From a virus (lineage: Duplodnaviria; Caudoviricetes): 56,815 nucleotides of DNA. Numbering within the stretch: position 1 is the stretch's first letter; every line of letters begins with the position of its first letter. Location: positions 1 to 56,815 of IMG/VR virus record IMGVR_UViG_3300031952_000019; one strand, given 5' to 3'. The notes under the pieces were generated by a model. It made no database searches. It was given only the letters and a program-made list of their open reading frames with translations, and had not been told where the DNA came from. Positions 36,495-46,400 of this stretch are shown here, piece by piece. The translations under genes and the position numbers were made by a program.

Positions 36495-38066
36495 ATGGAT
36501 AATTTGTACACCCCACAATCGATTCCTAATTTTGATTATACCAAGGATTTAGGTGATCCTGGAAAAGCCCCTTATACTCGTGGGATTTACGCGAACATGT
36601 ACAAAGGAAAAGAATTTACGATGCGCCAATTAACGGGTTTCGGTTTGCCTGAAGATACTAACAAGAGAATGAAGTTCATGCTGGAGAATGGAGCTACCGG
36701 ATTGAGTGTGCTTTTTGATTTCCCAACTATTCAGATGTACGATTCTGATGATAAAGTTTCAGAGGGTCATGTAGGATTTTCTGGAGTATGTGTAGATTCG
36801 ATAGAGGATATGTACGATCTTTTTGAGGGGATCGACATTAAAAAAGTATCCATATCAATTGTAACACACTATCCAACGAACACTGCAATCTTATTTTCGA
36901 TGTTCTTGGCTATGGTAGAAGAGAAAAAGATTTCTTTCAGTGAGTTGAGAGGAAGTGTACAAAATGACGCCACGATGGAAGAGGTAGTAAGATGTGGAGC
37001 AGAATTTATTTCACCTAAGAATTGTTTCCGGATTCAATGCGATAACTTTGAATTCATAATGAAGAACATTCCCAAGTGGAATCCCATAACTTTGAACGGG
37101 TACAATTTAAGAGAGTGTGGGACATCGGCGATAACAGAAATGGCGGTGGCTATATCAAACGGAGTGGCAACGATCAATGAAATAGTCTTGAGAGGGTACA
37201 TGCCAAGTGAAATTGCCAGCAGGATTGCATTCTTTTGGTCTATCGATAGGAACTTCTTTGAAGAAGTTTCAAGGCTCCGTGCAGTGAGAAGAGTTTGGTA
37301 TAAGTTGATGAAATACAAGTTCAACATTACTGAAGGCAAAGGATTGTTGATGAGATGTCATGTTCAGACTTCTGGCATTTCCTTAACGAAACAAGAGCCT
37401 TTAAATAATATTGTTAGATCAGCCTACCAAGCTTTATCCGCTGTGTTTGGCGGTGTACAGTCATTGCACGTAGATTCATACGACGAAGCTTACTCAGTTC
37501 CTACAGAAGAAGCAGCTTTAATTTCCTTGAGAACACAGCAGATTATCCAAGATGAGACTGGTGTAACGGATGTGATTGACCCTCTGGGCGGGTCTTACTT
37601 TATAGAAGCTCTCACGAACAAAATTGAAAAAGAATTGCTTAATGAAATTAATAAAATAGAAAACAATGGAGGGTATATTTATCTGCTTCAATCTGGAAAG
37701 TTGCACAAAGAAGTTTCTGTCTTTGCATATGATCAACAGAAGAAAATGGAAGATGGCTCTATCCCTATTGTTGGAGTAAATAAATATAAGCGGCAAAATG
37801 TAAGTACACCCGTGAGCATGTTCCAATATCCCTTGGGGGTAGAAGAAAAACAAAAAGACAAGTTAATTTTATTGAGAGCCAAGAGAGACAATAAAAAAGT
37901 TAAGAAAACTTTGGCCGATCTTGAAAGAGTTTGTGGAACGAAAGAAAATGTAATTCCATATTGTATTGAGTGCGCCAAGGCAAGATGTACAGAAGGGGAA
38001 ATGTTTAAGTCGTTTAAGAATGCATTTGGGCTTTGGAAGGAGAAGAACGTATGGGTATGGCAGTAG
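36495..38066 (+). CDS. AdoCbl-dependent acyl-CoA mutase large (substrate-binding) subunit, methylmalonyl-CoA mutase family
   Basis: PYTRG.Y..MY, TMRQLTGFG, GLSVLFD.PT, YDSD, GSVQND, FFEEVSRLRA.R, HVQTSG.SL..QEP.NN..R, QSLH...YDEA...P, DPLGGSYFIEALT; no DxHxxG B12 domain; AAGGA RBS before ATG 36495. Confidence 0.93.
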   Translation: MDNLYTPQSIPNFDYTKDLGDPGKAPYTRGIYANMYKGKEFTMRQLTGFGLPEDTNKRMKFMLENGATGLSVLFDFPTIQMYDSDDKVSEGHVGFSGVCVDSIEDMYDLFEGIDIKKVSISIVTHYPTNTAILFSMFLAMVEEKKISFSELRGSVQNDATMEEVVRCGAEFISPKNCFRIQCDNFEFIMKNIPKWNPITLNGYNLRECGTSAITEMAVAISNGVATINEIVLRGYMPSEIASRIAFFWSIDRNFFEEVSRLRAVRRVWYKLMKYKFNITEGKGLLMRCHVQTSGISLTKQEPLNNIVRSAYQALSAVFGGVQSLHVDSYDEAYSVPTEEAALISLRTQQIIQDETGVTDVIDPLGGSYFIEALTNKIEKELLNEINKIENNGGYIYLLQSGKLHKEVSVFAYDQQKKMEDGSIPIVGVNKYKRQNVSTPVSMFQYPLGVEEKQKDKLILLRAKRDNKKVKKTLADLERVCGTKENVIPYCIECAKARCTEGEMFKSFKNAFGLWKEKNVWVWQ

Positions 38067-38683
38067 GAGTTCATCGTATAACTGAAGATTTTGAAAAGGC
38101 ATTGTGTGACTACACAGGGGCAAAGTATGCCATTGCTGTTGACAATCAGAGTAATGCTTTATTTCTTTCATTATCCTATGAGGGTGTAAATGGAAAAGAA
38201 ATATATATCCCAGCAAGAACATACCCTTCAGTTCCTTGTGAGATCATTCGTGCTGGAGGTAAGGTAAAATTTATCCAATCAAATAGAGAAACATTAAAGG
38301 GAGCTTATCAGTTAATTGGATCGAAAACATGGGATAGTGCATTGCGGTTTACTTTCAATATGTATATACCAGACACCTTTATGTGTATCTCTTTTACAGG
38401 TGCTTATAAGCATTTGAAGCTTTCAAAAGGTGGGGCAATACTTACCGATAATCATGACGCTTATCTTTGGTTTAAGAGGTCAAGATTTTCTGGTAGAAGA
38501 GAGTGTTCTTATTTTGATGATAATTTTGATATGCTAGGGATTAATTGTTATATGATGCCAGAGCTTGCAGCTAGAGGGCTTTTATTAATTCAGCAATTTT
38601 ATGATAGCAATAACAACCCAAAGAGTAATGAGGATATAGAATTGCCATATCCAGATTTAAGTAAATTTGAGGTGTACAAATGA
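38051..38683 (+). CDS. DegT/DnrJ/EryC1/StrS-family PLP aminotransferase, C-terminally shortened (~210 aa)
   Basis: FEKAL..Y.GAKYAIAV, WDSA, CISF...YKHL...KGGAILTD, G.N.YM..LAARG. Confidence 0.8.
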   Translation: MGMAVGVHRITEDFEKALCDYTGAKYAIAVDNQSNALFLSLSYEGVNGKEIYIPARTYPSVPCEIIRAGGKVKFIQSNRETLKGAYQLIGSKTWDSALRFTFNMYIPDTFMCISFTGAYKHLKLSKGGAILTDNHDAYLWFKRSRFSGRRECSYFDDNFDMLGINCYMMPELAARGLLLIQQFYDSNNNPKSNEDIELPYPDLSKFEVYK

Positions 38684-39384
38684 AAATTGAATTGTACACA
38701 TTTACATATAATGATGAAGATTTTCTTCCATTTTTTCTTCAATACTATTCACTTATTGTAGATAGGATGACGTTTATTGATAGTGGATCAACAGATAGAA
38801 CTTTGGAATTAATTAAAGATCATGAAGTGGTTCAGACAGGATTGACATGGTGGGATTGGGATAATTTGCATAGTATCAGGGATAGTATTTGGAGAGACTC
38901 AGAGTTTGATTTGATTTTCTTTCCTGATTTGGATGAGATATTTTATAAAGAGAATTTGAGACAATGGTTGGATGGGCACAGGTCAGCAATATACAAGATG
39001 AAAGGATATCAAATGGTATCAAGGGAGTTCCCTGAATTAGAGACTAATATATTGGATATTAAAAGAGGTTGTCCTTTGCCTCTGCATGATAAGTATACAA
39101 TATTTAACCCTAAAGCAGATTTGAAATTTGTTGACGCCCATAATATAGCAACTACTTCAAGAAACATTAACATGCTTGAAATTAAATTGTTGCATTATAA
39201 ATACCTAGGTGCTGACAATATGGTGAGAAGAGCAAACTTAATAATTGACAGAGTACCAAGGGGAAGTTTCAGTAAGAACATAGATGGGAATATTTTGGTT
39301 AAGTTCCCCGCATTTATAAAAACTAAGAGAGAGTATCAAATAGAAATTGAAGAGATGTTAGAAAAATCTATTGCGGTGATATAG
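38680..39384 (+). CDS. GT-A fold glycosyltransferase (GT2-like)
   Basis: YNDE..LPFFL.YY, IDSGSTD.T, PDLDE, LLHYKY. Confidence 0.85.
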   Translation: MKIELYTFTYNDEDFLPFFLQYYSLIVDRMTFIDSGSTDRTLELIKDHEVVQTGLTWWDWDNLHSIRDSIWRDSEFDLIFFPDLDEIFYKENLRQWLDGHRSAIYKMKGYQMVSREFPELETNILDIKRGCPLPLHDKYTIFNPKADLKFVDAHNIATTSRNINMLEIKLLHYKYLGADNMVRRANLIIDRVPRGSFSKNIDGNILVKFPAFIKTKREYQIEIEEMLEKSIAVI

Positions 39385-39386
39385 AA

Positions 39387-40121
39387 ATGATTACATCAGT
39401 TCCACATAATTACTATAAGAGAGCAGATTCAAAAGCTGATTGTAGTTTTGGGAATGTTCTTTTTACGATAGCTGGGATAATTGGAGTAGCCACAAAGAAT
39501 AGATATTCTTATGGGTTTTACCCTTGGGTGAATCAAGAATATTTTGTTAATAAATTACCGGAAGTAGGTAATGCACATTTTGATAATTTTCAGAACCCAA
39601 TAACATTTCAAGGGTTTGATGTTGGTTTTTGTGGATTTGATATTCCTGATAATGTAAAAATAAATGGTTATTTTGGGAGCGAGAAATATTTTGAACATTG
39701 TAAAAACTTAATAAGGTATTATTTTACAATGAAGGATTTGTGTGGTTGTTACAAAGATTGCATTATCATACATTGTAGAAATTATAACGATGATTGCGCT
39801 GGAATACAACCTTTGCCCAGAAAATATTATTTAGACGCTTTAAAAAAAATGCCAGATAAAAAGGTAATAGTGATAACTGATAATATAGATAAGGCGAAAG
39901 CCACAATAAAGAAGGATTTTATTTATGTGAGCAATACACCGATAATTGATTTTTATTTGCTTACTAAAGCTGAATATTTAATAATGGGTAATAGTACATT
40001 TAGTTGGTGGGGGGCTTGGTTGAGTAATGCAAAAACAGTTGCTCCTGCTAATTGGTATTCGGGAATATTTAAGGATTGTCCAACTAAAGATTTATATTGT
40101 AAAGAATGGGAGGTAATATAA
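39387..40121 (+). CDS. GT11 (alpha-1,2-fucosyltransferase-like) glycosyltransferase
   Basis: FGN.LF, GYF.SEKYF, IHCR, YY..AL, MGNSTFSWWGAWL. Confidence 0.85.
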   Translation: MITSVPHNYYKRADSKADCSFGNVLFTIAGIIGVATKNRYSYGFYPWVNQEYFVNKLPEVGNAHFDNFQNPITFQGFDVGFCGFDIPDNVKINGYFGSEKYFEHCKNLIRYYFTMKDLCGCYKDCIIIHCRNYNDDCAGIQPLPRKYYLDALKKMPDKKVIVITDNIDKAKATIKKDFIYVSNTPIIDFYLLTKAEYLIMGNSTFSWWGAWLSNAKTVAPANWYSGIFKDCPTKDLYCKEWEVI

Positions 40122-40618
40122 TGCCGATAAAAGAAGATTTTCTTAAAAAGTATTTTAACAATGTTTTTGTAGAAACAGGTTCGGGTGATGGGTCGGCAAT
40201 ACAAATAGCGGCTAATGCTGGATTTCGAGAAATTTATTCAATCGAGTTATCACCAGTATGGTACAAACATTGCCAGCAAAAGTTTAAAGTATTTGGTAAT
40301 GTAAAATTGATATTTGGAGATTCAAGGTTTGCTTTGGAACAAGTAATAAATAAAATACATGAGCCAATTACGTTTTGGCTTGACGCCCACTGTTCCGGGG
40401 GGGAAACTGCCGGTGGGGATATCATCCCTATATTTGATGAAATAAAAATAATAAGTAGACATAAGATAAAAACCCATACGATTGCTATTGATGATATGAG
40501 ATGTTGTAATAATCAAGATGAGATGATAAAGGAACTATTATTGATCAACTCCGATTATAAAATTATATATGAGGATAGTAGTCTGTTTAAAAACGATATT
40601 TTAGTAGCAAAGGTATGA
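40121..40618 (+). CDS. class I SAM-dependent methyltransferase-like protein
   Basis: FVETGS..G, YSIEL, GDS, FWLDAH.SG, IDDMR. Confidence 0.75.
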   Translation: MPIKEDFLKKYFNNVFVETGSGDGSAIQIAANAGFREIYSIELSPVWYKHCQQKFKVFGNVKLIFGDSRFALEQVINKIHEPITFWLDAHCSGGETAGGDIIPIFDEIKIISRHKIKTHTIAIDDMRCCNNQDEMIKELLLINSDYKIIYEDSSLFKNDILVAKV

Positions 40619-40619
40619 A

Positions 40620-41327
40620 ATGAAAATAGCTGTCGTAGTCGCCACTTATAAAAGAGCAGATGGTAAAACACCTTTTTATTTGAAGAGAATGTTAAATTCT
40701 GTTTTTTCTCAAAGACATTCTAACTTTGAAATATTTCTAGTTGGTGATTGTTATAGTGATGTAAAAGAATTAAAGGGAATAATTAGTCAGTACCCTTCAA
40801 ATAAACTTCACTGTTTTAATTTAGACAGGGCAGTGGAAAGAGAGAAATATACTGACAAGAATGTTCTGTGGTGCTGCGGTGGAACGGAAGCTGTTAATAT
40901 TGGTATTGACAGAGCTTTTGAAGCTGGGTTTGAATATATTAGCTTTTTAGATCACGACGATTATTGGACACCCTACCATTTGAGTAGTATTAATGAAGTG
41001 GTGAAATATATAGACGCGGATTGGGTATGTACAAAATCTACTTATGGAGATATAAGTATTTTACCCAAGATAGATAGAGAAGATCAATTTATTCCATTTC
41101 TTCCAACTCCCGGTGGAGTAATAAGGTCATCTGTTTGTTATAATGGAGTTTCTATTCCTGTGCGTCCAATTAATACTTTTGAAGCATATGGAGAAGTTAT
41201 TCCTGGAGATGCCGATTTATGGGATAGGATGGGAAAATATATTACTAAAAATAAATTAGTTAGTTACTTAGTAAATAAAGTTACATGTTATCATGAGGAA
41301 GAGGGGTATGCGTTAAATGCGAGTTGA
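40620..41327 (+). CDS. GT2-family glycosyltransferase
   Basis: IAVVVATY.R, SV..Q, FLDHDDYW...HL. Confidence 0.85.
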   Translation: MKIAVVVATYKRADGKTPFYLKRMLNSVFSQRHSNFEIFLVGDCYSDVKELKGIISQYPSNKLHCFNLDRAVEREKYTDKNVLWCCGGTEAVNIGIDRAFEAGFEYISFLDHDDYWTPYHLSSINEVVKYIDADWVCTKSTYGDISILPKIDREDQFIPFLPTPGGVIRSSVCYNGVSIPVRPINTFEAYGEVIPGDADLWDRMGKYITKNKLVSYLVNKVTCYHEEEGYALNAS

Positions 41328-42858
41328 TGAATGTACTACAGGAATTACGGTAACACATAATACGAAAGATTTAATTGAAAGAGCCTATAATTCTATTCGC
41401 AAGTTTCATCCTAATATGAAACTGATTATAGTAGATGGGTCAGATAGAGGGGATACATGTTTTACATATGTATGCGGGTTGGCTAGTGAGAATACAAAAG
41501 TATTTCATGTAGATAAAAATATTGGTCATGGAAGGGGACTTTGTGTTGGGATAGAAAGAGCTGAGACTCCATTTGCACTCATTTTTGATTCAGATATTGA
41601 GATGCTAAAATCTCCTATTCAATCAATGCTAGATATGATGGAAGAAGATACATATGGAGTTGGTTACACGGAGAAGACGGCTTTTGATGGGCATGAGTGG
41701 GGATGTAAGCCATCTCATTTATCTCAAGGCTGGATGAGGTATTTGCATCCTTATTTTTGTTTGTTACAATTAAAAGAGTATAAGAAGTATGCACCCTTTA
41801 TTCATCATGGCGCGCCTGCGGTAAATGCGATGCTCAGTGTCCATAGAAGTGGATTAGCAGACAAAGTGATAAAAGAGTTTCCAGGATTGGGACATTCTTC
41901 AGGGGTAGGTTGGGTTTGGAAAGGAGAGCCTAGAGAGTTTATTCGTCATGATACTTATGGAACAAGAGCAATTAGACGGTCAAAAGGATTGGAGGAAATT
42001 GAAGGTGTATGGGAAAGAGTTGTTGACTCTGGGGGGATAACTTGTATAACTTGTACAGGAGATCGTCATTTGACATTTTCTTTATGTGAAAAGTGGATGA
42101 ACAATCAGACCATAAAGCCTGACCAATGGATTGTAATTGATGATGGAAAAAGGCCAACAAGTCCTATTAAAAATGATTATATAAAATATGTTTATAGAGT
42201 TCCGACAGAAAGTGATCCTCAGTTTACTCTTTTATTAAATGTGAAGGAAGCCTTTAAGCATGTTAATGGTAGTAAAATATTATTTATTGAAGATGATGAA
42301 TATTATGCCCCAAATTACATCGAAAAAATGTTGAAGAGATTAAATGATTATGAATTAGTAGGAATAGGAAAAAGCAAATATTATCACTTACCTACTCGTA
42401 AATGGTACATTCATCCAAATATGGGTCATGCAAGTTTAGCGCAAACTGCCTTTAGGAGAAGTTTTTTAAAAGATGTAGTTCAAATTATTGATGGAGATTC
42501 TTTTTTAGATATAAGGATATGGGGTATAGTAAATGGACATGATGCAGCATTTAAAAATTCTGGGGAAGATACTAGAATTTCAAATGATGGGAGAGGCTTA
42601 GTATTTGAAGACAAAGAAAATTTGTATGTTGGTATGAAAGGGTTGCCGGGAAGAAATGGAATAGGAGCAGGGCATAAAGGAAACAATGATTGGTATCATT
42701 GTGACAAAGATGAGAAAGTTTTAAGGGATTGGATAAAAAAAGAAGAGGATTTAAAAGTTTATACTGGAATTTTACAAAGTGTTATGGGAGTCCAAACATC
42801 TTATTCAAAAGTAAGATGTTTTAATAAAGGGGAGAAGTTATCTGCAATTAGTAGATAA
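41317..42858 (+). CDS. two-domain GT2-like glycosyltransferase
   Basis: Domain 1: IIVDGS, NIGHGRG, IFDSD. Domain 2: ITCTGDR, WIVIDDG, FIEDDEYY. Confidence 0.85.
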   Translation: MRVDECTTGITVTHNTKDLIERAYNSIRKFHPNMKLIIVDGSDRGDTCFTYVCGLASENTKVFHVDKNIGHGRGLCVGIERAETPFALIFDSDIEMLKSPIQSMLDMMEEDTYGVGYTEKTAFDGHEWGCKPSHLSQGWMRYLHPYFCLLQLKEYKKYAPFIHHGAPAVNAMLSVHRSGLADKVIKEFPGLGHSSGVGWVWKGEPREFIRHDTYGTRAIRRSKGLEEIEGVWERVVDSGGITCITCTGDRHLTFSLCEKWMNNQTIKPDQWIVIDDGKRPTSPIKNDYIKYVYRVPTESDPQFTLLLNVKEAFKHVNGSKILFIEDDEYYAPNYIEKMLKRLNDYELVGIGKSKYYHLPTRKWYIHPNMGHASLAQTAFRRSFLKDVVQIIDGDSFLDIRIWGIVNGHDAAFKNSGEDTRISNDGRGLVFEDKENLYVGMKGLPGRNGIGAGHKGNNDWYHCDKDEKVLRDWIKKEEDLKVYTGILQSVMGVQTSYSKVRCFNKGEKLSAISR

Positions 42859-42899
42859 TAATTTTACAATGAACACCAAGTCAAATAGGAGGATGTACA

Positions 42900-43397
42900 A
42901 TGATAAATGAAACAGTAAAGGCAAAAGATCAGATGAGTTTGGGTATTGGCAAAGGACTTCTTGAAGGAATTGATATTAATGCTAACATGAAAGTAGAATT
43001 GTTTGGGCAAGACGGAAGTTTAAAAGAAATAAGGGAAGTACATAATACAGTAACTAATGCAGGAAAATATGGGGTAATTGATCAGATTTTAGGAACACCT
43101 ACGTTAGCAAAAGCTGGTTGGATGGAAGTAGGGGAAGGCACTGGAGGAACGACAAAGTTAAATGATTATGTAGCAGGATCAAGAACTGCCTTGGATTCTA
43201 AAGCAAGACTCAATGCAGTAGTTACAATGATTTGTACGTTTGCCGCTGGAGTAGGGACAGGAGCTTTAACAGAAGCTGGTGTGTTTGATGTAGTTACTGA
43301 AGACACAATTAATATGTGGATGTATGCAGAATTTGCCACAGTAAATAAGCTTATTGGAGATAGCCTTGTAATCACATGGACTTTAACTCAGGGTTAA
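42900..43397 (+). CDS. fibre anchor / collar-fibre-like structural protein
   Basis: N.VTN.G, TF.AG.GTGALTEAGVF, F..VNK..GDSL.ITWT. Confidence 0.65.
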   Translation: MINETVKAKDQMSLGIGKGLLEGIDINANMKVELFGQDGSLKEIREVHNTVTNAGKYGVIDQILGTPTLAKAGWMEVGEGTGGTTKLNDYVAGSRTALDSKARLNAVVTMICTFAAGVGTGALTEAGVFDVVTEDTINMWMYAEFATVNKLIGDSLVITWTLTQG

Positions 43398-43414
43398 TTT
43401 AAAGAGGGGTAATT

Positions 43415-46400
43415 ATGAGTACATCGTATTTTGGATTTATAGCATTAACAGGAGGAGGTGCAGGAGCTCTTGATAAATTGGATGGGGCTATTCTTGTAAA
43501 TGAGGATTATGCAAATGGAGTTGTAGGCGTTTATAATTATGTCTATCAATTAATTGCTGCCTCTGGTGCTACTCCTGATGGTGAAAATGTAATTATCCCT
43601 ATTACAAATCCTGGAACGAAAAGATGGCTTTTAAGAAACAAAAGTTCATCTGTGAATACAGGTGATGCGGCTTCTCTACCAATCGGTGGAGGAACATTAA
43701 CAGGTGACCTGAATGTCGGCACTACTTCAGCCGGGCATAATGTTGCGTTAAGAGCCACTGAAGGTTCGGAAATGTGTCCAGCCTTGGAAGCCGTCAATTG
43801 GACTTGCACAAATGGTTGGAGCGCTGGAAGCGGTAATCTTATTAGAGTAAATAATGCTTCTACGGGAACAGCAACTCCGTCAGGTACATTTGATGTAGTA
43901 GCCGGGAAGACTTATAAAGTAACAATGACTGTTTCTGCGGTTTCAGGGGTTATTACTTATCATATTGGCAGTTCATTAGGAAGGCAATTAACCACTACTA
44001 CTTTTACAGATTATATTAATGCAATTACAACAGGCAAGATGGTTTTTACTGGAATTGCAGGGACAACTTGTACTGTTACAGCACTAAGTATTAAAGAATT
44101 AACCACGGCAACAGGAGATTTACGAGTTTATGGTAGAACAATTGTTGGTAGTGGTGTCTGGTCAGATAATGATTCAAAGGCTATTGATATTCTTCCACAA
44201 GGTGATATTGGAGTTCGTGGAATAAGGTATAATTTAACTCCCAATGATCAAGAGTTTGCCGAAGGGAAAACGTATTGGGACTCTATTTGGAAAACACTGA
44301 ATGTTCAGACAACAACAGATATTACATTACCAGTAGGACAAACAGATTTACGCAGAGTTTATAACAATACAGGTTCGATTTTATACAAAGGGAAAACCGT
44401 ATATTCAAATGGCATTCATGCTGATGGAGATAGTTCTACTGTTACAGTAGTATTAGCAAGAGCAAACTCAGACACTACATCGGATGTGTTAGGGGTAACT
44501 ACACAAGATATCCCGATAGCATCTTATGGGTTTGTTACTGTTCGAGGGAATATAAACAATATTGATACAACAGTGATAACCGCTTCTGCTGGCGATATTC
44601 TTTATTTAAGTGCGGCTACTGCAGGGGAATTAGTAAATACTATTCCTGTAGCTCCAAATCTAGAAGTCAGAATTGGAAGACTCATTATAGATGACGCTAC
44701 TACTGGAAGAATTAATGTTAGAATTTCTCAAGCCTATAAATTGAACGACTTAGTAGATGTTGCCGCTCCCTCTCCATCTGCAGGTCAATTATTAAAGTTT
44801 GATGGAGTGTCATGGGTTGCTTCGGATACTTCGACAGTTGCGGGAGCTGGAACAGTTAATCTCTTTTTAACTGATCAAGATATTCCAATAGAAGGAATGA
44901 CACGAGCGGCTGCTTGTGTGGTTACTTGGACAGCCCACGGTCTTGCAACTGGTGCTTATGTACAAATGATCGAAATCACTCAAGCGGAGTGGACAGCGCT
45001 TAATTGGACATTAGCCACACCTTTATTTCACCAAGTAACGTATCTTAGTGATAATACGTTTTCTATTCCAGTGAATACTTCTGGGTATGCAGCGGATTAT
45101 AATGCAACTGTTGATCCGGGAACTATCTCCTCTGGGAAATTACAAGATACACCAAATGTATCGATTGTGACACAAACTGATTATGCTCAATCAACAGGCA
45201 GTGTAGAAGTTTTGATTGACACTTATACATCATATATTCTAAATAGAACAACTATTGATAGTGGATTATGGGAATTTCATACCTGGTGCTATGCGTCATC
45301 CATAACGAATGTAAATACGATTGTAATAAGAGTTTACAAGAGAAATACTGCAGGAACTGAAACACAATTATTTTCGGTAGAGACTTCAGATTTAGGTACT
45401 GCGAGTATAGAGTCCATAATACCTAGTCCTCAACCAGCGTATACGATTTTAACCACTGATTATCTTGTGATTAAGTATTTTGCCAAGTCAGATCGAGGGG
45501 TGGGGAATTATCGTACACTGTATATAACTCACAATGGCTCAACTGTATATTCTTATATTAGAACTCCCATTACAGTATTGCATGATGAGTTAGCGGGTTT
45601 GAATATTGGCCCTTATTCACATTTATCAGCAATAGAAAAAGCCTCGGCTATTAGAAATGCAACGGCAGCACAAGATGGAAAAATGACGGCTGCATATGCA
45701 ACTAAATTAGATGGTATTGAGAAGGCAAGTGTGGCAGAAGACCTAGCTGGAATAAACGATGCTAAGTTCGTTACTCCATTAGGGCTAGCATCCGGGAATG
45801 GCGCAACGTTACCAGTAACACCATATAAAGGGCAATTGTTTTTACACACACCAACAGGAAGAAACATTTTGTTTCAGTACATTGGAGGTGTATGGTATCC
45901 TCAAGAGTCTTTTGGAGCAATCACTATATATGTCCACTCAACGGGAACAGATGATTTAGAGCACGGGACAGCAACAGGAACCAGCGCATTTAAAACAATA
46001 ACTTACGCTTACTCAATACTCCCTTATCTCACTGGTGATAAAGTAACTATAAACTTGTCAGGTGAGTCTTTCACTGAAAACCTTAGTTTTACCCCACGTG
46101 CTACTAATGTTGAGTTTGTGGGTACAACAAGTGTTGCTTATTCTGGTACAGCAACAGGTGGGGCAAATGGTTCTGGCGCTACTCCAATATCTGTAACGGG
46201 AACCTTTACTGCTAATGTATACAATCATAAGATGATCAAATTCACAAGTGGAGCAAATACTGGGTATATCCGTCCTGTTGGGTTAACTACTACAACAACT
46301 CTTTATGTTGTCGGTGCGGCCTTACCTGCTACACCCGGGAATGGTGATACATACCAGATATTAAGTTTAGATACTACTCTTGTTGGTACGATTAGATGCA

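Noticed and set aside
35297-42858. Host chromosomal polysaccharide locus at a prophage boundary
   Set aside because: It is flanked on both sides by co-oriented phage structural and lysis genes, has similar composition, and lacks export or polymerase genes; a chimeric assembly cannot be excluded without reads
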